From: Euprymna scolopes
Lineage: Eukaryota
Length of the DNA: 64,000 nucleotides
Reading direction: 5' to 3' (one strand)
Assembly (NCBI GenBank): GCA_053919585.1
Contig: CM132785.1
The position numbers and the translations under genes are program-made. Below, in pieces: positions 11,516-26,712 of the stretch. Position 1 is the stretch's first letter. Every line of letters starts with the position of its first letter. Under the pieces are notes generated by a model. The model had not been told where the DNA came from. It did no database searches and saw only the letters and a list, made by a program, of their open reading frames with translations.

Positions 11516-13103
11516 NNNNNNNNNNNNNNNNNNNNNNNNNNNNNNNNNNNNNNNNNNNNNNNNNNNNNNNNNNNNNNNNNNNNNNNNNNNNNNNNNNNNN
11601 NNNNNNNNNNNNNNNNNNNNNNNNNNNNNNNNNNNNNNNNNNNTTTAGAATTTCACGTTGGAAAATAGTTGATCTTACATGCTAGAGTTATAACGTCGAA
11701 CATCGCTTACATACGCTTTGGAATGTAAATAGAATCGGCATCAATGACTTGTTGTTGTACATATAAATGGATTCGCAATCTGCTGGTTCCATAGTATATA
11801 GCATCTGCATAGTAAGAATAATTAAACTCTCGGAATTAAAGTGATGATTGTTTAGTTTTTAATGATAAAGATTGAGAACATAACCTAATTTGTTAAGAGA
11901 AATTTTTTATCGGCTTAAGTATATTACCTTTTAGAAAATAAAATAATTTTTCGCATAAAATTGATAGAATTAGTTGGGAAGATAATTTTCTTTAGAATCC
12001 CGCTAATCTTGCTTTCAGCTATATTCCAAGTCTAGCTGAAATTTGCTAAATACGGTTGGTAATAGTGGAAGCACTGTTTGCTTGTGATGAAAAACATTCC
12101 TCCAAAAAGCATTCCTTTAAACGGTGCCCATTATGTATCGAAATTGATTCTAATGAGCAAAAAGTAGAATTTAATATGAGTGTCATATTGAGAAAAAATC
12201 GAACATGTTATTGAGCAATGTGCGGAAACGTGCGCAAGAGAAACAACAAATGATATGACAACTCGGCAAACAACATTTAGATATTTCCTTGTTTTGGCAT
12301 CGGTAACTCTACGGGGAGCCACAGAAATTCTGAAGCAGTTTTTCTCACTCTCAACATGACAAGTGTTTTGCATTGCGTGACGGATGAGAAATGGCGTGTC
12401 GGAGTTATTGATCGCTTCCCGTCTTACTCAGTTTGATTGTATGAACTTTAAATAATTCAGTTATTTGTATTTTTTTCTTTTACGAATAAACAACTTCATC
12501 TCGAAAAAAGTTATTTTAAAATCCTTGGTCTTCGTCGACTTTCAGACGACACAATTTTTATTCGAAACTTAAACTTTAAATAAATTACATTTGTTATTGG
12601 ATTTCTATAATAGGTATAAATATTCCATCATATGCAAATATGACAAGAGATATTATGTAGAAAGAAGACGCCAGCCAAAGCTTAATTTAGAGAAGTTCGA
12701 AAAATGTTATGGTTGTAAGAGAAACAGTTATATTTTATGTATGATACTATATGAAAAATACATTTCCTATGAAAAAATATAAACATCAAATAATATGAAA
12801 CTAGTGGAAATTCTACAGCGGACTCTTTTATATGTAAGATATTGATGTTGGCATTATCTGGATGTTCGGCGTTATTGCAGATACACTGATATTATTGTAG
12901 CTCTTTTGTTAAAATTGCAAATGTATTTCATCTAAGCTATCAGGGACGCCCAGAGAAGCCAGGTCGTAAAATTCACTTAATTATGATAGTTTTATTCATG
13001 CAGATTTCGAATATGATCTTATAAAGTGAATTGCCAATCGATTTTATATATTCTAAAATCGTTGCAGGTCAAGTATCCAAGGACGCCATTGGATACTTTA
13101 CCT

Positions 13104-13400
13104 TTCACCATACTATCGATTTACGTAAAGTCACCTTTATCTCCACCCTATTCCCTATGCTTCACTTTTTGTTATCAAGTAAGATATTTGACTTACTTGT
13201 AGTTTCATCAAATACTTTTGCATGCAAAATCCGATCCCGCATTTTGCTAAGTCCTACCCTCTGATGAGAAGGAAAGTATTTCTTCGAAGCTCCGCGGATT
13301 AAGGACTATCCACTTATTAAGTGTTTCCTTTTCAGATTAAATATGTGTTTAACTCTATTTTAAAGTGTTTTTAACATGGTTTATTAACTATTTGCTCTTA
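13104..13400 (+). mobile_element. HHR-bearing repeat family C, copy 2
   Basis: Aligns with 6493-6788 (GTTATCAAGTAAGAT...CAAAATCCGATCC...CCTACCCT). Confidence 0.75.
13258..13304 (+). ncRNA. Type I hammerhead ribozyme, GAAA mutated to GAAG
   Basis: CCT-CTGATGA-GAAGGAAAGTATTTCTTC-GAAG-CTCCGCGGAT-TA-AGG. Confidence 0.62.
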
Positions 13401-13548
13401 TTATAAGCTCTATCTCTTATTTGGTTTCATCAAGCTTTTACATCTGGTTTAGATTATTTTATAAATATTAATTCATTAATATTTATAATATACTTTAGTT
13501 TTACCATCGTGGATCATTTTGGTAAATTTAATTGTAATTTTATATATG

Positions 13549-13601
<53 letters not shown>

Positions 13602-14857
13602 TAGATGGAAGAAGAGAAATGAATAGACATAAATTATAGAATAAAACACACACACAAATAAAAAGAATCAAATATATTTTAACCCAATGAAACAAAAAGA
13701 GATGTGCGACAAAGGAAATAATATAGAGGGTCGCAGAGAATTGAAGAAATAAACGAACAAACTAAAACAGTAAAGTAGAAGAAAAACAAAGTAAGAAAAG
13801 AAACACACACATAGTTAATATAAGAAAAATGTAAGAAAACACGAGAAACACACATATAAACACAAGATTTCGAAAATTATTATCAAATAAGTTTTATTAA
13901 AAAAATATTAAACTTGAAATCGTCCGATCATTAATCCGTAATGAGTTCGTCTTTAAAAATCATTGAAAACTTCAAAACCAACGTTTAAAATATAGCAGAC
14001 TTTTCCAAACACAAACTTACCTCAATCAGGGTAACGGCGGGTGACCCTGCGTGTTAATTCCCGAAAGCAATTACTTTTGCATGTCGCCGGACTATTTAAT
14101 TGACAAGGCCCCAAAAACATCTGACCTGCGTGCACGCCGCTGGTGCGCGCACCTAATTCCTTTTTTATTAGTTACCGTTGCCCTTTTTTTAGTTTCGTTT
14201 CCAAGAACACCCATTATGGCTTGTATTGCTCACGTTTTTAAATACATAATCCTAACAAATTATTTTATTTCTTATTTTTTTCTGTTGTTAAATTCATTTG
14301 TCACCAAACATCAAGTCAAACGCCTATCAGTACCGGCGTTTTTTTGTTTTTGTTTTTTTTTTTTTGTCTTTCTCTTAATAATCGGCTTATTGGCATATTT
14401 CTTTTGATCCTCAATTAGCTGCCTTTTCGCTTCAGTGTACTTTTATAAATTATCTAATCGACAGTCTATTCATATGCGATATAAGACACAATTACCTTTG
14501 GTATCGGTGATTTCCAATCCAAACTATGTGCTGAGCACCTCTACGCTTGAACATAACTCAAGCGACGTAGTTGATTACAATACAATCTTTCACAATGAGA
14601 GCCATATCCTTAACCTAATGCATCATAAAAACAAAACGAGAACGACGTCCGTACCAGCGGTTTCTATTATTCTAAAGATCAGCTCTAATTTTCTACTCTC
14701 TGCGTTTTTTTATAGAAATCTCCCTCCTGCACGTTTTATTTCTACTGGTAAAATACTTCTGTTGATCAGTTCAAATCTTTCAAATTCCTTTCAACATATT
14801 TCCAAATTAAATTTCGCAGAGTAATAGTTACTCTTTTTAACATATTGTTAACAACGT

Positions 14858-15640
14858 TTTTGTATATAGGAGTCCCCATTTATCAAGGCTTACAGGCAAA
14901 TCGAGAATAAGTTTTAAGGAATTCAACAGGTGTGCAGTTCTAAGAAACAAGCTTTGTTCATGGAATCTACGTTTAAGTTTAGGCACAGATAAAGAGTATG
15001 GCAAATTATTGATAGTGTTTTCAGGTAGATGAGTGCGTCTCACAAAGTTTGTCGCGGGGAGCCATGGATTGAAGATTAGAACATGACTTGCCATGAAAAT
15101 AATGCCAAAGTAGATACAGGCTCGCAACGTCTATTTTGTGATAATTACGTTGCAGGGAAGAGAAAAAAGACATCCCCTACTAGACTACGAATCGATTTTG
15201 AACGCTGATAAGGCACGATAATGTATTTCTAACAGTATCTGCCCAGATGTGACAACCGTTCTTCGTCCTTGGACGTACCTGGCTCTTATAACTGTAGAGA
15301 ATTGCATCAGCAGGTATCTGTAGAAGGACCCGGCCACTTCCCCAACAGTATTGGCAACGACTTTGATAAACGTGTTCCGTTTCAGATCAGGAGTAAAGGT
15401 GAATGTCAGAAGCTTGTCATAATACTTAGCATTCGCAACAGAAGAGCCATTCATTTATATTGATGCACGATGATCATCAGAGCGTTGGTGATGTAAAGAT
15501 AGAAGCTTGGTTTAAGATGCATCCAAACCAATCAGTCACTGCTTTACCCATTGTACCACGTGCTCAATATCCGAGGAGATAGAATCAGAGAGAATGTGGT
15601 CATTTACAGATTTTCATGTGCTTCTACAGACGATAGTGAC
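14858..15640 (-). mobile_element. CR1-clade LINE family A, decayed 3' fragment
   Basis: LTFTFTPDLKRNTFIKVVA and RRFHEQSLFLRTAHLLNS; homologous to 39927-40517. Confidence 0.85.
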
Positions 15641-16778
15641 GCAATTCTCTGCAGTTTCATTTGATATGACTTAAAATACCTGCACTTCTTGCCATGCAAT
15701 TCTCACAAGTATCAATTAAAATGCTTTCAATTAAATTTTCAGAAGTAAAAGATTGAAACAGTTCAATTATTTTCAATTCATTTCATAGAAGTATCAGATT
15801 AAATGCATTCAAATTCTTCTCAGCTCTGTTTTAATTAAGTTTTTTCAAAAGAACACAAGCGCGCAATTTATTTCTTAAAGTATCAGTTTACATGCTTTAA
15901 AACACATTACAACATGTTTTCAATTTAATTTTCAGCGTATCTGGTTATGCATCACTTCTGCTTTCCTTTCCGGAAAGAAGTGTTTATTCGTCAGTTTTAA
16001 CGCCTTCTTATTTATCGTGAAGAACGGAGTAGCATCAGAAGTCATTTACAATATATTTTATACGCATTTCAATCTTATTTACTATTACCTTTTTTTTCTC
16101 TAGAGGATTCAGTTTGCTCACCTTCAAAGGAGCCATGGGGCATAATATCATCCCATTTTCTAATTCACATATTAATCTTTAGCCACAGTCAACATATTGA
16201 CTCCGGGCAAGACTGATCACTGTTCAAACGTATCGATCCCGGGTCGTAAGGCTTTCTCTCCCAGTTTCTCTCTGTTTTCGACAAAGTACGCAGATTGGTT
16301 TTACTGACCCGTGTCACTCGAGACGTTTTAGCCTGTTGGTGCCCTTCCACAACATTCTCTGGAGTCAAGTCCTAATTTGCAGTCACTTGCATTTTCAGCG
16401 GATTACCCTTTCGCAACGTCTGTCCTAGTGTTTTGTCTTCGAAGGCTTCTCTCACCGACTTTACCTTACCTGCTCGCTCCTCGAATTTAGAGCGTTCCTA
16501 ATCACATCTACAGCGATTCCTTCACGAGATTTCTCACTCAGTAGTGAATATTGCAGCTGCCCTCAGAAAAATCGAGAGTTCACCTTCAGTTTCCGCTCGA
16601 TAACCCCCCCACACAAAATCTGCCTTTCACTGACTTCGTGTAACCATCCATCCAGTTCCCTCGAACCACTGTCGACAATCTCCATTTCCATCTGAGCACT
16701 CACTCTTAACTGATTCAGTTATAAATTATCAACAACATTACGTCCAACAGATTCAACTACCTTTAATTTTTTACCTTC

Positions 16779-18620
16779 TTTTTTTACATAGGCATCACCA
16801 TTTATCAAGGCCAAGAGGCCACTTGGGGATAAGTGTTAAAAAGTGTACAGTAGAAATTGGACTATAGAGTAATCGTTAGTAATGGAAATTCGGTAAATGT
16901 GTTAGCGTATATCGAACGGTTAATAAAAAACTTGTGTACTTTAGACTTCATGACAACGATATTGTAAATTAGGGAAATGGAAGATAATTCCACAGGCGTA
17001 CAGTTGTAAGAAAGAAGCTTCGTTCATGGAATCTGCGTTTACGTTTAGGAACAGATAAAAGGTGGGGGAAATTATTGATAGTGTTTTCTGCTAGACGGGT
17101 GTTTCTTGTGAAAGTCTGTTGAGGGGGCTTAGATTTGAGCTCAGCCGAGCACTTACCATGAAAATAACGACAAAGGAGAGACAAACTCGCAATATCTCTT
17201 CTATGAGAAAAAGGTTGCAGGAAAGAGGCTCATACGAGGCTACGAAGTCTATTTTGAACTCTATCAAGGCATGATAAGTAATTTCTAGCAAATAATGCAT
17301 TTGATAATATATTTCTAACAACTTCTGCCTAGATGTGGCAACAGTACTCCATCCTTGGACGTACCTGGCTCTTAAATAGATAGAGAATTGTATCAGCAGT
17401 GAGATATCCTAGAAGGAGTCCATTATTATTCCAGTGGCCTAGGCAACGGATTTAATGTATGCATTCCATTTAATATCAGAATAAAGGTCAAGCCCAAAAG
17501 CTTGCAAAAACATGAGGACTCCCCAAAACGAGAGACATTCATTTCAACTGTTTCCAGATAGGGGATCAGAGTGTTGATGATGTAAAGATAAAAAAAACTA
17601 GGTTTTACTTGCATTAAAAGTAAAACAACCGCCCCCTTTCCCTATCGCACCACTTGCTCAAGATCATAGAAGAGAGAATCAGAGAGAACTTGGTAGTTTA
17701 CGGTCTTAGATGAGCTACCATAGATAGTAGTGTCATCAGCATAAATGTCTACGCATGAGAGACGATGTGATTTCTAAGATCATTTATGTAGATCAGGAAG
17801 AGATTTGAACCCATGATGGACCCCTGAGGGACTCTAGCATTAACACTGAGAGCTTCTGATTTCTGCCCATCAACCACTACTCTTATGAACCTATCAGAGA
17901 GAAATGACTTAATAACTGAGAAGACATTTCCAGCTATACCGTAGCTGGAGATCTTGTGAAGTAAATCTTTATGCCATACTCTATCAAAGGCCTTTGATAT
18001 ATCAAAAGCAATTGACATAGAAAGATAATCTCTGTCGAGAGATTCGCCAATCCTATGGGATATAACTGTAAGCACATCTGCTGAAGATATAGCAGAACGG
18101 AAACCATATTGCGTATCACTAAGAAGATTAGTTTTGCTGATATGGTTGATTATTTTTCTATTTAACACAGATTCCTAAAACTTACACGTGACGCACAGGA
18201 CACTTATTGCCCTCTACTGTGATGGAGATGAGCGATCGCCTGGATTCTTTAAAACAAGGCATACTGATGAGATTTTCCATGGTGACGGAAGCAATTCTGA
18301 AGACAACGTTTAAACAGTTTTGTAAGGATGGACGCTAGTTCAGGTTTAAGTCTTTTGAGTACTATAATCGGAATACTATCAGGGCCGGTTGCTTTACTGA
18401 AATCAAGGCTTTTGATCTTGGTCTCAAAGGGGGGGATTAGCTGCAAAGTTATTGGCAAAGAGTTCGGCTTTGTCTGAGGCTGACGAGATGACGTCAGATC
18501 CAATTATGAGGGTTGGGATAGAACACACGCTTCTGTTCAGGATGTTGATTGTTATTTACACAAACTGGTGGGAACCAAGCTTTTGCTCAGCTACTTTGGA
18601 CTAAACATACTGAGCATACT
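16779..18620 (-). mobile_element. CR1-clade LINE family A, 5'-truncated, decayed
   Basis: KATGPDSIP, QYGFR, FDISKAFDRVWH, VPQGSIMG and YADD (17731-17745); poly(A) tail at ~16779-16786. Confidence 0.92.
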
Positions 18621-19364
18621 ACACTCTTTAATATCTGAAACATACACGTTAAAAAGATTTCTAACTAAAATGTATTTTCAACATAAACTGTTTCTTCGCG
18701 TTTTTGCTTCTAGGAAAAATGTAAACAGTTTTTTTTTGTAAAGTTTAGTTGTTGCAAAATAAATAGCATTTAAAACTACTTTAAAGAAACAAACTAAAAG
18801 GCAGGTAGATGGAAAAGTTACTTTATTTTTATGGTAAGATTTATTTATTGTATATTTGGTTTTTACCCTTGGCCGCGTGTTAGCTTCACTGCTAAATTTT
18901 CGAATACTTTTAATAAATAAAAATAAACAGTTTCTGCATATTATATATTTCCGTCTGCTACCAACTTAAATCGCAACGCTAAAAGTGTTCGTATTAAAAA
19001 AAATAATAGCACAATATTTTATGGACAAGAACACGTTATGTGCAGATTTTAATAATAATTTAAAAAAAATATATAAGAAAACCTCCTTTTTTTTCAATAA
19101 CAATGTCATCATATCTATACAAGCGCACACTCTAAGAAAACAACGAATTTCACGACACGGAGCCGCGTCAAGCGACAATTCCTCAAGAGGCTTTCATCAG
19201 CTGTCTAAAGCGTCTAATCAGCGCATGCGTACAAGAGAATTTCATTAAGAAAGTGTTACTGTGAATTTCACAGCTCCAAGCAAGTTTTATTTTTGTTATT
19301 ATATGAATTTGGAGATACCGACATTAAAGTTAATGATTTTATAATGTACACAAAGAAAAATTAA

Positions 19365-19409
<45 letters not shown>

Positions 19410-21087
19410 CAAAAGTATTATTTTTAATTTTATCATTAATATTGTGTAGAAATAACTTGGGGGTGCTGCAGTCCCACGGCTCCATGCACGAGCCGCCACT
19501 GCATTTTAGGATTGTATAGACTATTATTAAGCTTTGCAGGCGTCCTAGACTTATATCCTGGTTGAAATGTCACAGGTATAACGACGCGAAGACCCGGTAC
19601 CCCAGTCAAAAAAAGGGCACGGACTGCAAATATTGCACGATTTAGACCGTAGTGTTCACATGTACATAAGAATAGTTGAAGGTGGTGTCGATTCGAACAG
19701 GCACAAAGGTCCAAAAGCATGGTCAAGATCGCTTCTACCGTGTTAGAGTTAGAGTAAGTATCATGTAGTTCTTGCCTCAATAGTGACTATCAGGTAAGGG
19801 GCGAACACAAGGAGTAACAAAAAAAAACTCAAAAAGCCAAAATTATTATATCAAAGTCTTCATTGAAAGCGTGTGTTGCAGGCCGGATGCACAGCGTAGG
19901 TGGGCTATTCTCTCCTGTTGCTTGCTTCCCGATAAGTCAGATCAGTTTAATTTGATATTATTAATCTGCGAGTAAATCTCAGTTCTGTAAACGACAACTA
20001 ACTAATTCCAGACACGAGATTGGGTTTCGTGAGTATATATTAATTTTTAAAATCAATGAGGATTACAATAAATGCTATTTAATTACAAATTTAAAAAAAA
20101 AGAAACAGAAAACAGTAAAATATCTGCAATGACCTTTCTACCACAAGCAGTCTGCGTAAATACTAGCTCAAACTGTTATTTTTCTGCGTTCGGCTGACTG
20201 AAAATCGCTCTGTGACTCCTTTCATTGGAGGAGAGTGGGTAAGGTTTAGCGAGTGTAAGATTCTTATGCAGCAATCCCTCTTCATTACATGATACTATGG
20301 TTTGCCTGGATTGGATAATTGGCCAAAGCACGCGTGTATATTAATTAGATTTTTCCCCAAATTAAATGTGTAAATAAAGTATTTTAAATATTGCATATCG
20401 AAGCTAAATTACACAAGAACTGGAGAACAATTATAATTGTTTCTGTTGATTTTATATGTTGTGTCTTACAAACTACGATAAAACACTCAGTTCTTCACCG
20501 CATACAGGGACACTCATAGCAGAATGTCAAGATCAGTATGTTCATCAAATTAATGAAGACTATAATGTTATTAATTATGTGTTTCTAATAATCGTGATAT
20601 GTTAACATAAGAAAATGATAAAACTCTGAGGAAACACAATTAACATCAGATGAAACCTTAGTTCCTAAGTTTAGAATGTTCTAATTTATAAAACTCCCCT
20701 GCTTTCTCTCTTTTCGTCTCTCTTTATGATTTTTTCTCTTTATTTTTCTCTCTCATTCTTTCTATATTTCTTTCTGGGTTTTTCTAACTCTGTTTCTTTC
20801 TCTCATTCATAACTATACTTCCGTTTTACTTTCCCATTTCTCTCTTCCTCTTCCCATTATCTGCATATCTCGTTTCCTCATTTTCTCTTACTTTCTCCCT
20901 ATCTCTCTAATGAAAATATATATTGTATTTTGCTCTACGATTTAACGCAAAGTAACATTATGCAATAAAGATAGCAGAGCAGGAAAACATAACGTCATTC
21001 TTCTCAATATGTATAATGTATTTTGAACACAACCGAAACACACATTTTCCACTTTCAATATCCTACGTACATAATTCCTATATACAC

Positions 21088-21611
21088 AGTTGGGCAGGAG
21101 CTGCTAGAAAGGACTTGTCCTGACTTGATAGAGTTCAAAATAGACTTCGTAGCCTCGTAGAAAATATCCTTTTCTCTTCCATGCAACCTCTATCTCAAAG
21201 AAGAGATGTTGCGAGTTTGTCTCTACTGTATCGTTATTTCAGTCTACGCCCCCCCCTCGGCAAACTTTCACAAGAAACACTCGACTAGCTGAAAACACTA
21301 TCAATACTTCACCCCCACCTGTTATCTGTGCTTAAACCTAAACGTAGATTCCATGAACAACGCTTCTTTCTAACAACTGCACGTATGTGGAATTGTCTTC
21401 TGTTTGCCTGCTTTCCAACTGACTACAATATGGTTGTCTTCAAGTCTAACGTAAACAAGTTCCCGATGAGCCGTTCCACTTGTTAACAAATTTACAGAAT
21501 TTCCATTACTAACGATTACTATATTGTCCAATTTCTGCTGTACACTTTTTTACCCTTATCGTCGAGTGGTTGCTTGGTCTTCATAAGTGGTGATGCCTAT
21601 GTAAAAAAAAA
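21088..21611 (+). mobile_element. CR1-clade LINE family A, 3' fragment
   Basis: Reverse-complement match to 16779-17340; ends GGTGATGCCTATGT-poly(A). Confidence 0.88.
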
Positions 21612-22711
21612 ATTCTGCAAACATGATTTTTTCGAATTAATATCTATTATTCATACTATTTTTTTTCGAAAATCATATTTTTCATCATAAGGAATTTAAT
21701 ATCAGGATATTTATATCAGAATCCCGAAGTCTTATCTTTTTCCCCAACAATAAAATACGTGTTGTGTTTCTTTTCCATTTTACTACGAATTGGATCTGTA
21801 TTTATGCATTACAAACGTGCATGTATAAGATATAAATTCGTTATATATGGTAGATAAAGTATGCAGTATAGTCGATTCTTATGTCATGGATATATTTGAA
21901 AATATTTACAAGTATAAAAGCAAAACTCACAGATATATGCAATAATGTATATGCATAAAACAAAAGACAGAAAAACGTTCCCTTCGAATCGGAGTGTTAT
22001 CCAAATTTAATTAAAAAATTTGTTTGGATTTGTTTATCTATATTGCTATGAGATAGAATAACAATGGCGATTGTAAATATCAACATATCCTAGTAATTGC
22101 TAATTAGCCAGGACTTGTGTTTAGCTTTTCTAAGGTTTTCTAGTTGTTAACAGATACGTTATTTTGGTCAGCTAATCCTAGGTGTAAATAGTATTTTTTT
22201 AACCTTAATAGTAGCAATAATTGTAATACTTATGAGTTCTAGACTAAAAAATAGATGTTTATATTTGAATGGGAATACTTGTTACTACCCGTTAACCAGC
22301 ATTGTGTGGTGGAAGCACGCCCTAACCTCGTAAAAAGTGTAAGTACAGTTGTTGTTTGTATTGCCCAAACCCCAACTTCCTCATGTTAAAAACGGCTTTT
22401 GGAATATACACTTCCAACTTCCTTATTTGTGGACAATGTAAACGTGATCTTGGTTCTCGTGACTCTTTTGTCTTCCAATTTGTCGTCAGGTAAAATTTAA
22501 ATCATGTGGTTACAGTGTAGCGACAATAAAAAAGCGTTTAATTAAATGCCGCTTGTTATGGATTTAGCTGAATAAGATATTAAAAATCACATTTTTTGTA
22601 CTTATGCACTAATCTTACCGGGCTGGCGGGTGTTTTGTAACATATCTATACTTTCACCTAACAATTTAAGAAATAAAAAGTATCGTAAAACGTGAGTTTA
22701 TGTGATCATTT

Positions 22712-22769
<58 letters not shown>

Positions 22770-23907
22770 GTGTATATATATATTTCACCTGAGGATTTAA
22801 TAATAAAAAGTCCTAACTTAAATTTAAATTGTAAAACTATTTTAAAAAATTGCACCGCAACATAAGTGCATGAACACCACATTATTTTAATAATATATAT
22901 ATAAATACCCTTTTGATAAATGTTACGACAATGATAGACACGGTGCTTATCGGAATGAATGGAAAGTTTTAATGTTTCTTATTAATATGTATTTAATTGC
23001 GTTCTATAGTTTAATAAAGTAATGACCAATGGCATAAATATAATCAATTATTATATGTCATCTGTTGTGGTCAACCTACGGTAGTTTTGTTTAGAGGGGT
23101 GAAATTGCGTTTCTTTGATTATATACAAGATTAGTTAAATGCGCATGAACATGGGTTCCGCAATACTTAACTAGTTTAAAGCTTTCGTGCCGTGCTGTGT
23201 AGAGAACCGTGCATCCAAATGTTGACTTATGAACATTCTAAAATTCGCCCCTTAGATTTCTTAGTAGATTATCAGGAACACTCCTGAACAAGTATTTATT
23301 TCGTTTAACAAAATTTAAGATTGATCTTATTTATCTATTCATTACATTCTCGCCTGAAGAAAAGCAATTACGTTCAAGTTTGGTGACAACACAATACCAT
23401 AAATCTTTTGCTAATCGCGGGGAATGTTGTTTAATTGAGCACAAGTAGGAGAGACAGGGATCCATTACAGCTATCAGATTGTGAAACAAATTATATGATG
23501 CGCCATTTCTGAAATGCAATCAGATTTACAGTTATTCCAGATGGGACAGTTACACAATAATTTAATGAAAAGGCTTCTGTTACACACCACATAACTAAGT
23601 TACAGTTGGTATATGAATTGGATATGCACAATATGNNNNNNNNNNNNNNNNNNNNNNNNNNNNNNNNNNNNNNNNNNNNNNNNNNNNNNNNNNNNNNNNN
23701 NNNNNNNNNNNNNNNNNNNNNNNNNNNNNNNNNNNNNNNNNNNNNNNNNNNNNNNNNNNNNNNNNNNNNNNNNNNNNNNNNNNNNTAGCAAAACCTCATA
23801 CAGCAGATTTGGCAATCTATATGTCTTGACATTCACAATAGAATTCTTTTTCATAAAAGGGCTATACACACTAACACATGCAGTTTATTAATTAATTTTT
23901 TATCATA

Positions 23908-24272
23908 TTTTCACCCCCAAAAGGCACATTGCCACTTTGATGTAGGAGCTACTATCAGGTACATAAGCATCAGGAGTACTATGTAGGGAGTTGGGTAGCA
24001 AGATGGCGGTTCACGTTACACTTGAACTTTTGCATGTCAGTACAATTAGTGAAGCAGGGACCCGGAAAGGGAATTCCAAAATCTAGCGGTTCTGGGGAAG
24101 AAGCTACTGGAGTAGAAGGTTCTGTTACATCTAGGGATCACTACTTTGAAGAGGTGGGATTTATCTGCTTTTCAGGTTGGTCGGGTGTATTTATGTAGAG
24201 GGGGAACAAGAGCATGTGATTCGTCAGAGCATTCCCCGTTAAAGTACTTGTAGAACAGGCAGAGGGATGCAA
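23908..24272 (-). mobile_element. CR1-clade LINE family B, 3' fragment
   Basis: ASLCLFYKYFNGECSDE; 3' UTR matches 56720-56785. Confidence 0.88.
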
Positions 24273-24744
24273 AAATGTTAATCATGTATACATGTTTATT
24301 CAGTAAGGATGATAAATCATTAAGAGTACAATTTTTTTTACGCAATGACTGTTCGAATCCTAATGCTTTTAGTGAGGAGAGATAAAAGAGATGTCGCATC
24401 TCAGATATGTTACATATCATTTTCTTTCCTTTTCTGATAGATATTAGCAAACAGTCAGACCCATAGATAATATAAGAAAATACGGAAATCTGCGCCCCTG
24501 GCTATGCTCAATACTACATAGTTATACACAAATATATGCAAACAATAGACGAAATAAGCGATGGAACAAGTATCATATAAACTATGAAAGTACAGTCAAT
24601 GTAACTAAATACGACTAAACATCATTTCATATTTGCTACAGGACCAGTTTTTGTTAGTTTGATCACTGCCATTAATAATGGTATATAAATGTCTCTGTTT
24701 GCTATTATTAGCAATCATAGTACCAACAAAAAACAGCATCAACA

Positions 24745-24812
24745 ATAACAACAACAACAACAACAACAATAATAATAATAATAGTAATAATAATAGTAAT
24801 AATAATAATAAT
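24745..24812. repeat. (CAA)n(TAA)n microsatellite
   Basis: Direct reading. Confidence 0.9.
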
Positions 24813-25325
24813 ATCTAATTTTTTTGGAAACTTTCATACTTTTAATGCTATGTTCTGTCTGCTAGTAATTCCAGTCAAAGTTCCCACTCGAGATATTTTT
24901 ATATAGTCCATGTGAAGCATTTACCCACCCTCAATCGTTTGTACAGAAGTTTGATCGCATACTGGCGCGTGGGTTTCGTTAGTTTTCTTTTCGCTGTATC
25001 GCCTACAGATAGAGCATATTGATGGGTACGTACCAGAAAACGCGTCATCTTTTGACTCGACGCTGTACCAATATTCTGCTTCCTATATATTACACAGTTT
25101 GCTGGCGGCGATACTTTTTACAGTACTGTGACTGCGCTGACTCATTCCGTTACCAATGAAGACGTATGCAGAGCAGAAAAGAAATCAAACTCTACACTCA
25201 TTTAGGAAAATTATATACTAATATTTGTTTGATTATACGTTTTTTGCCATGGAAGACATCGCCAGATGCAAACCGTGTATTGTCGCAGTAAAACATTGCC
25301 TAAAATGGGACACATTAAAATAGGT

Positions 25326-26596
25326 CAGAGGGATGTGCAATAGTAATGCCTCTGACCCACTTCCCATAGGAGTAGAGCAACAAAAATTGGCACAGTTATT
25401 AGTCTTTCTCTACATAGGAAGCACCCACAGTTATGTATTTCTCCCATCGTTTCATGCAGCTCTAGAGACCGTTTTTGTAGAACACCCCAGGTTAGTCCTC
25501 CAACAACAACGTGACTTCAAAACTCAAGGCTGCATCATCTGAGAAAGTCTTTTCTTTCAAAAACAACTTCATGGCTGGGAAATGGTGAACGTCAGAGGGT
25601 GCAAGGTCAGGAGAGTAGGGAGGATGGAGGTGTATTTTCATAACCACAAGCCCGTGCTTCGGATCTGGTGACATGCGAGTTGTGGACCGGAGCGTTGTCC
25701 TGCAGGAGGAGGGTACCTTTGCTGATCTTGTCCGACCTCTTGATTTCGATAGCTTCCCTTAATTTCCTCAAAAGTGAAGCATAATAGGCTCCTGTATTTG
25801 TGCTACACTTTGCCAGGAAATTTGTCATCACTACTCCGTCCTGGTCCCAGAAGACTTTGTGGATGACTTGCCTTGCCTTCTGTTGAGGTTGTGAGTCCAA
25901 GTGCTTCCACTGCATTGACTTGGCTTAGATCTCTATATCATAGTGATTGACCCAGGTTTCAGCCTGTGCAATCAGTCTTTTGAAAAACTTTGACTCATCT
26001 TCTTGGCACATCTCCAAATTCATCCTCGAGCACTCGACGCTTTCTCGCTTCTGGAGTAGTGTGATCAACCTGGGAATCTATCTGGCAAGCACCTTATGCA
26101 AATGGTCATGACTGCGTGTTTCCACATATCCTGCACTAATCCTGTAAATTTTGGGCTATTTGGCCGAATATTAACGCGCCGATCTCCCAAAATGGAAGCC
26201 TCAACTTGACGCACATATGCCTCATCAATGGCAGAAGTAGGGCGACCAGGTTTGGGAGCTGTTTCCACAGACTTACTGCCATGTTTGAATTCACGATGCC
26301 ACCGTTTTACAAGGTCATATGATGGGGCATTATCCCATCCGTTTCTTTCATTTCATCAAAAGTCTCTCGTGGTGTGCGTCCTTTCAAATACAAAAACCGG
26401 ATCACTGCTCAACATTCAACAGGCTCCATTTCACACCCGACTAAGTTCAAACACGTGTAAAAATAGAAGCCACTATGGGTACAGAGCTCTAATTTGGCAC
26501 ATAACCCATGGAGATATAAATCATAGCACATGCTAAATTTTGGCTATATCAGTAAACTGGAAGTGGGTCAGCGGCATTATTCATAGCAACCCCTTG
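25326..26596 (-). mobile_element. Mariner (DD34D), second copy of the 4985-6199 family, decayed
   Basis: Degenerate TIRs at 25326-25361 and 26562-26596; VFWDQDGVV, LLQDNAPVH, HPPYSPDLAPSD; colinear with copy 1. Confidence 0.92.
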
Positions 26597-26712
26597 TAAT
26601 ATACATCGCCACACGTTTCCCGGTGTTTTTTTAGTGTTTAACACCTTTGACGCCAACGCATGGATTACGAATCGATCTCCTGATAATTGTTACACTCTTT
26701 GATTTGGGTTTT

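Noticed and set aside
19140-19206. Minus-strand CTGATGA as a hammerhead
   Set aside because: No properly placed GAAA or stem I partner.
19455-19501. hAT-like terminus CAGTGGCGGCTCGTG on the minus strand
   Set aside because: No partner TIR or TSD found in the window.
19685-19745. Minus-strand tRNA-SINE head (GTTCGAATC)
   Set aside because: A box incomplete, no second copy and no downstream HHR.
20626-20680. CTGAGGA...GAAA as a hammerhead
   Set aside because: No stem II pairing.
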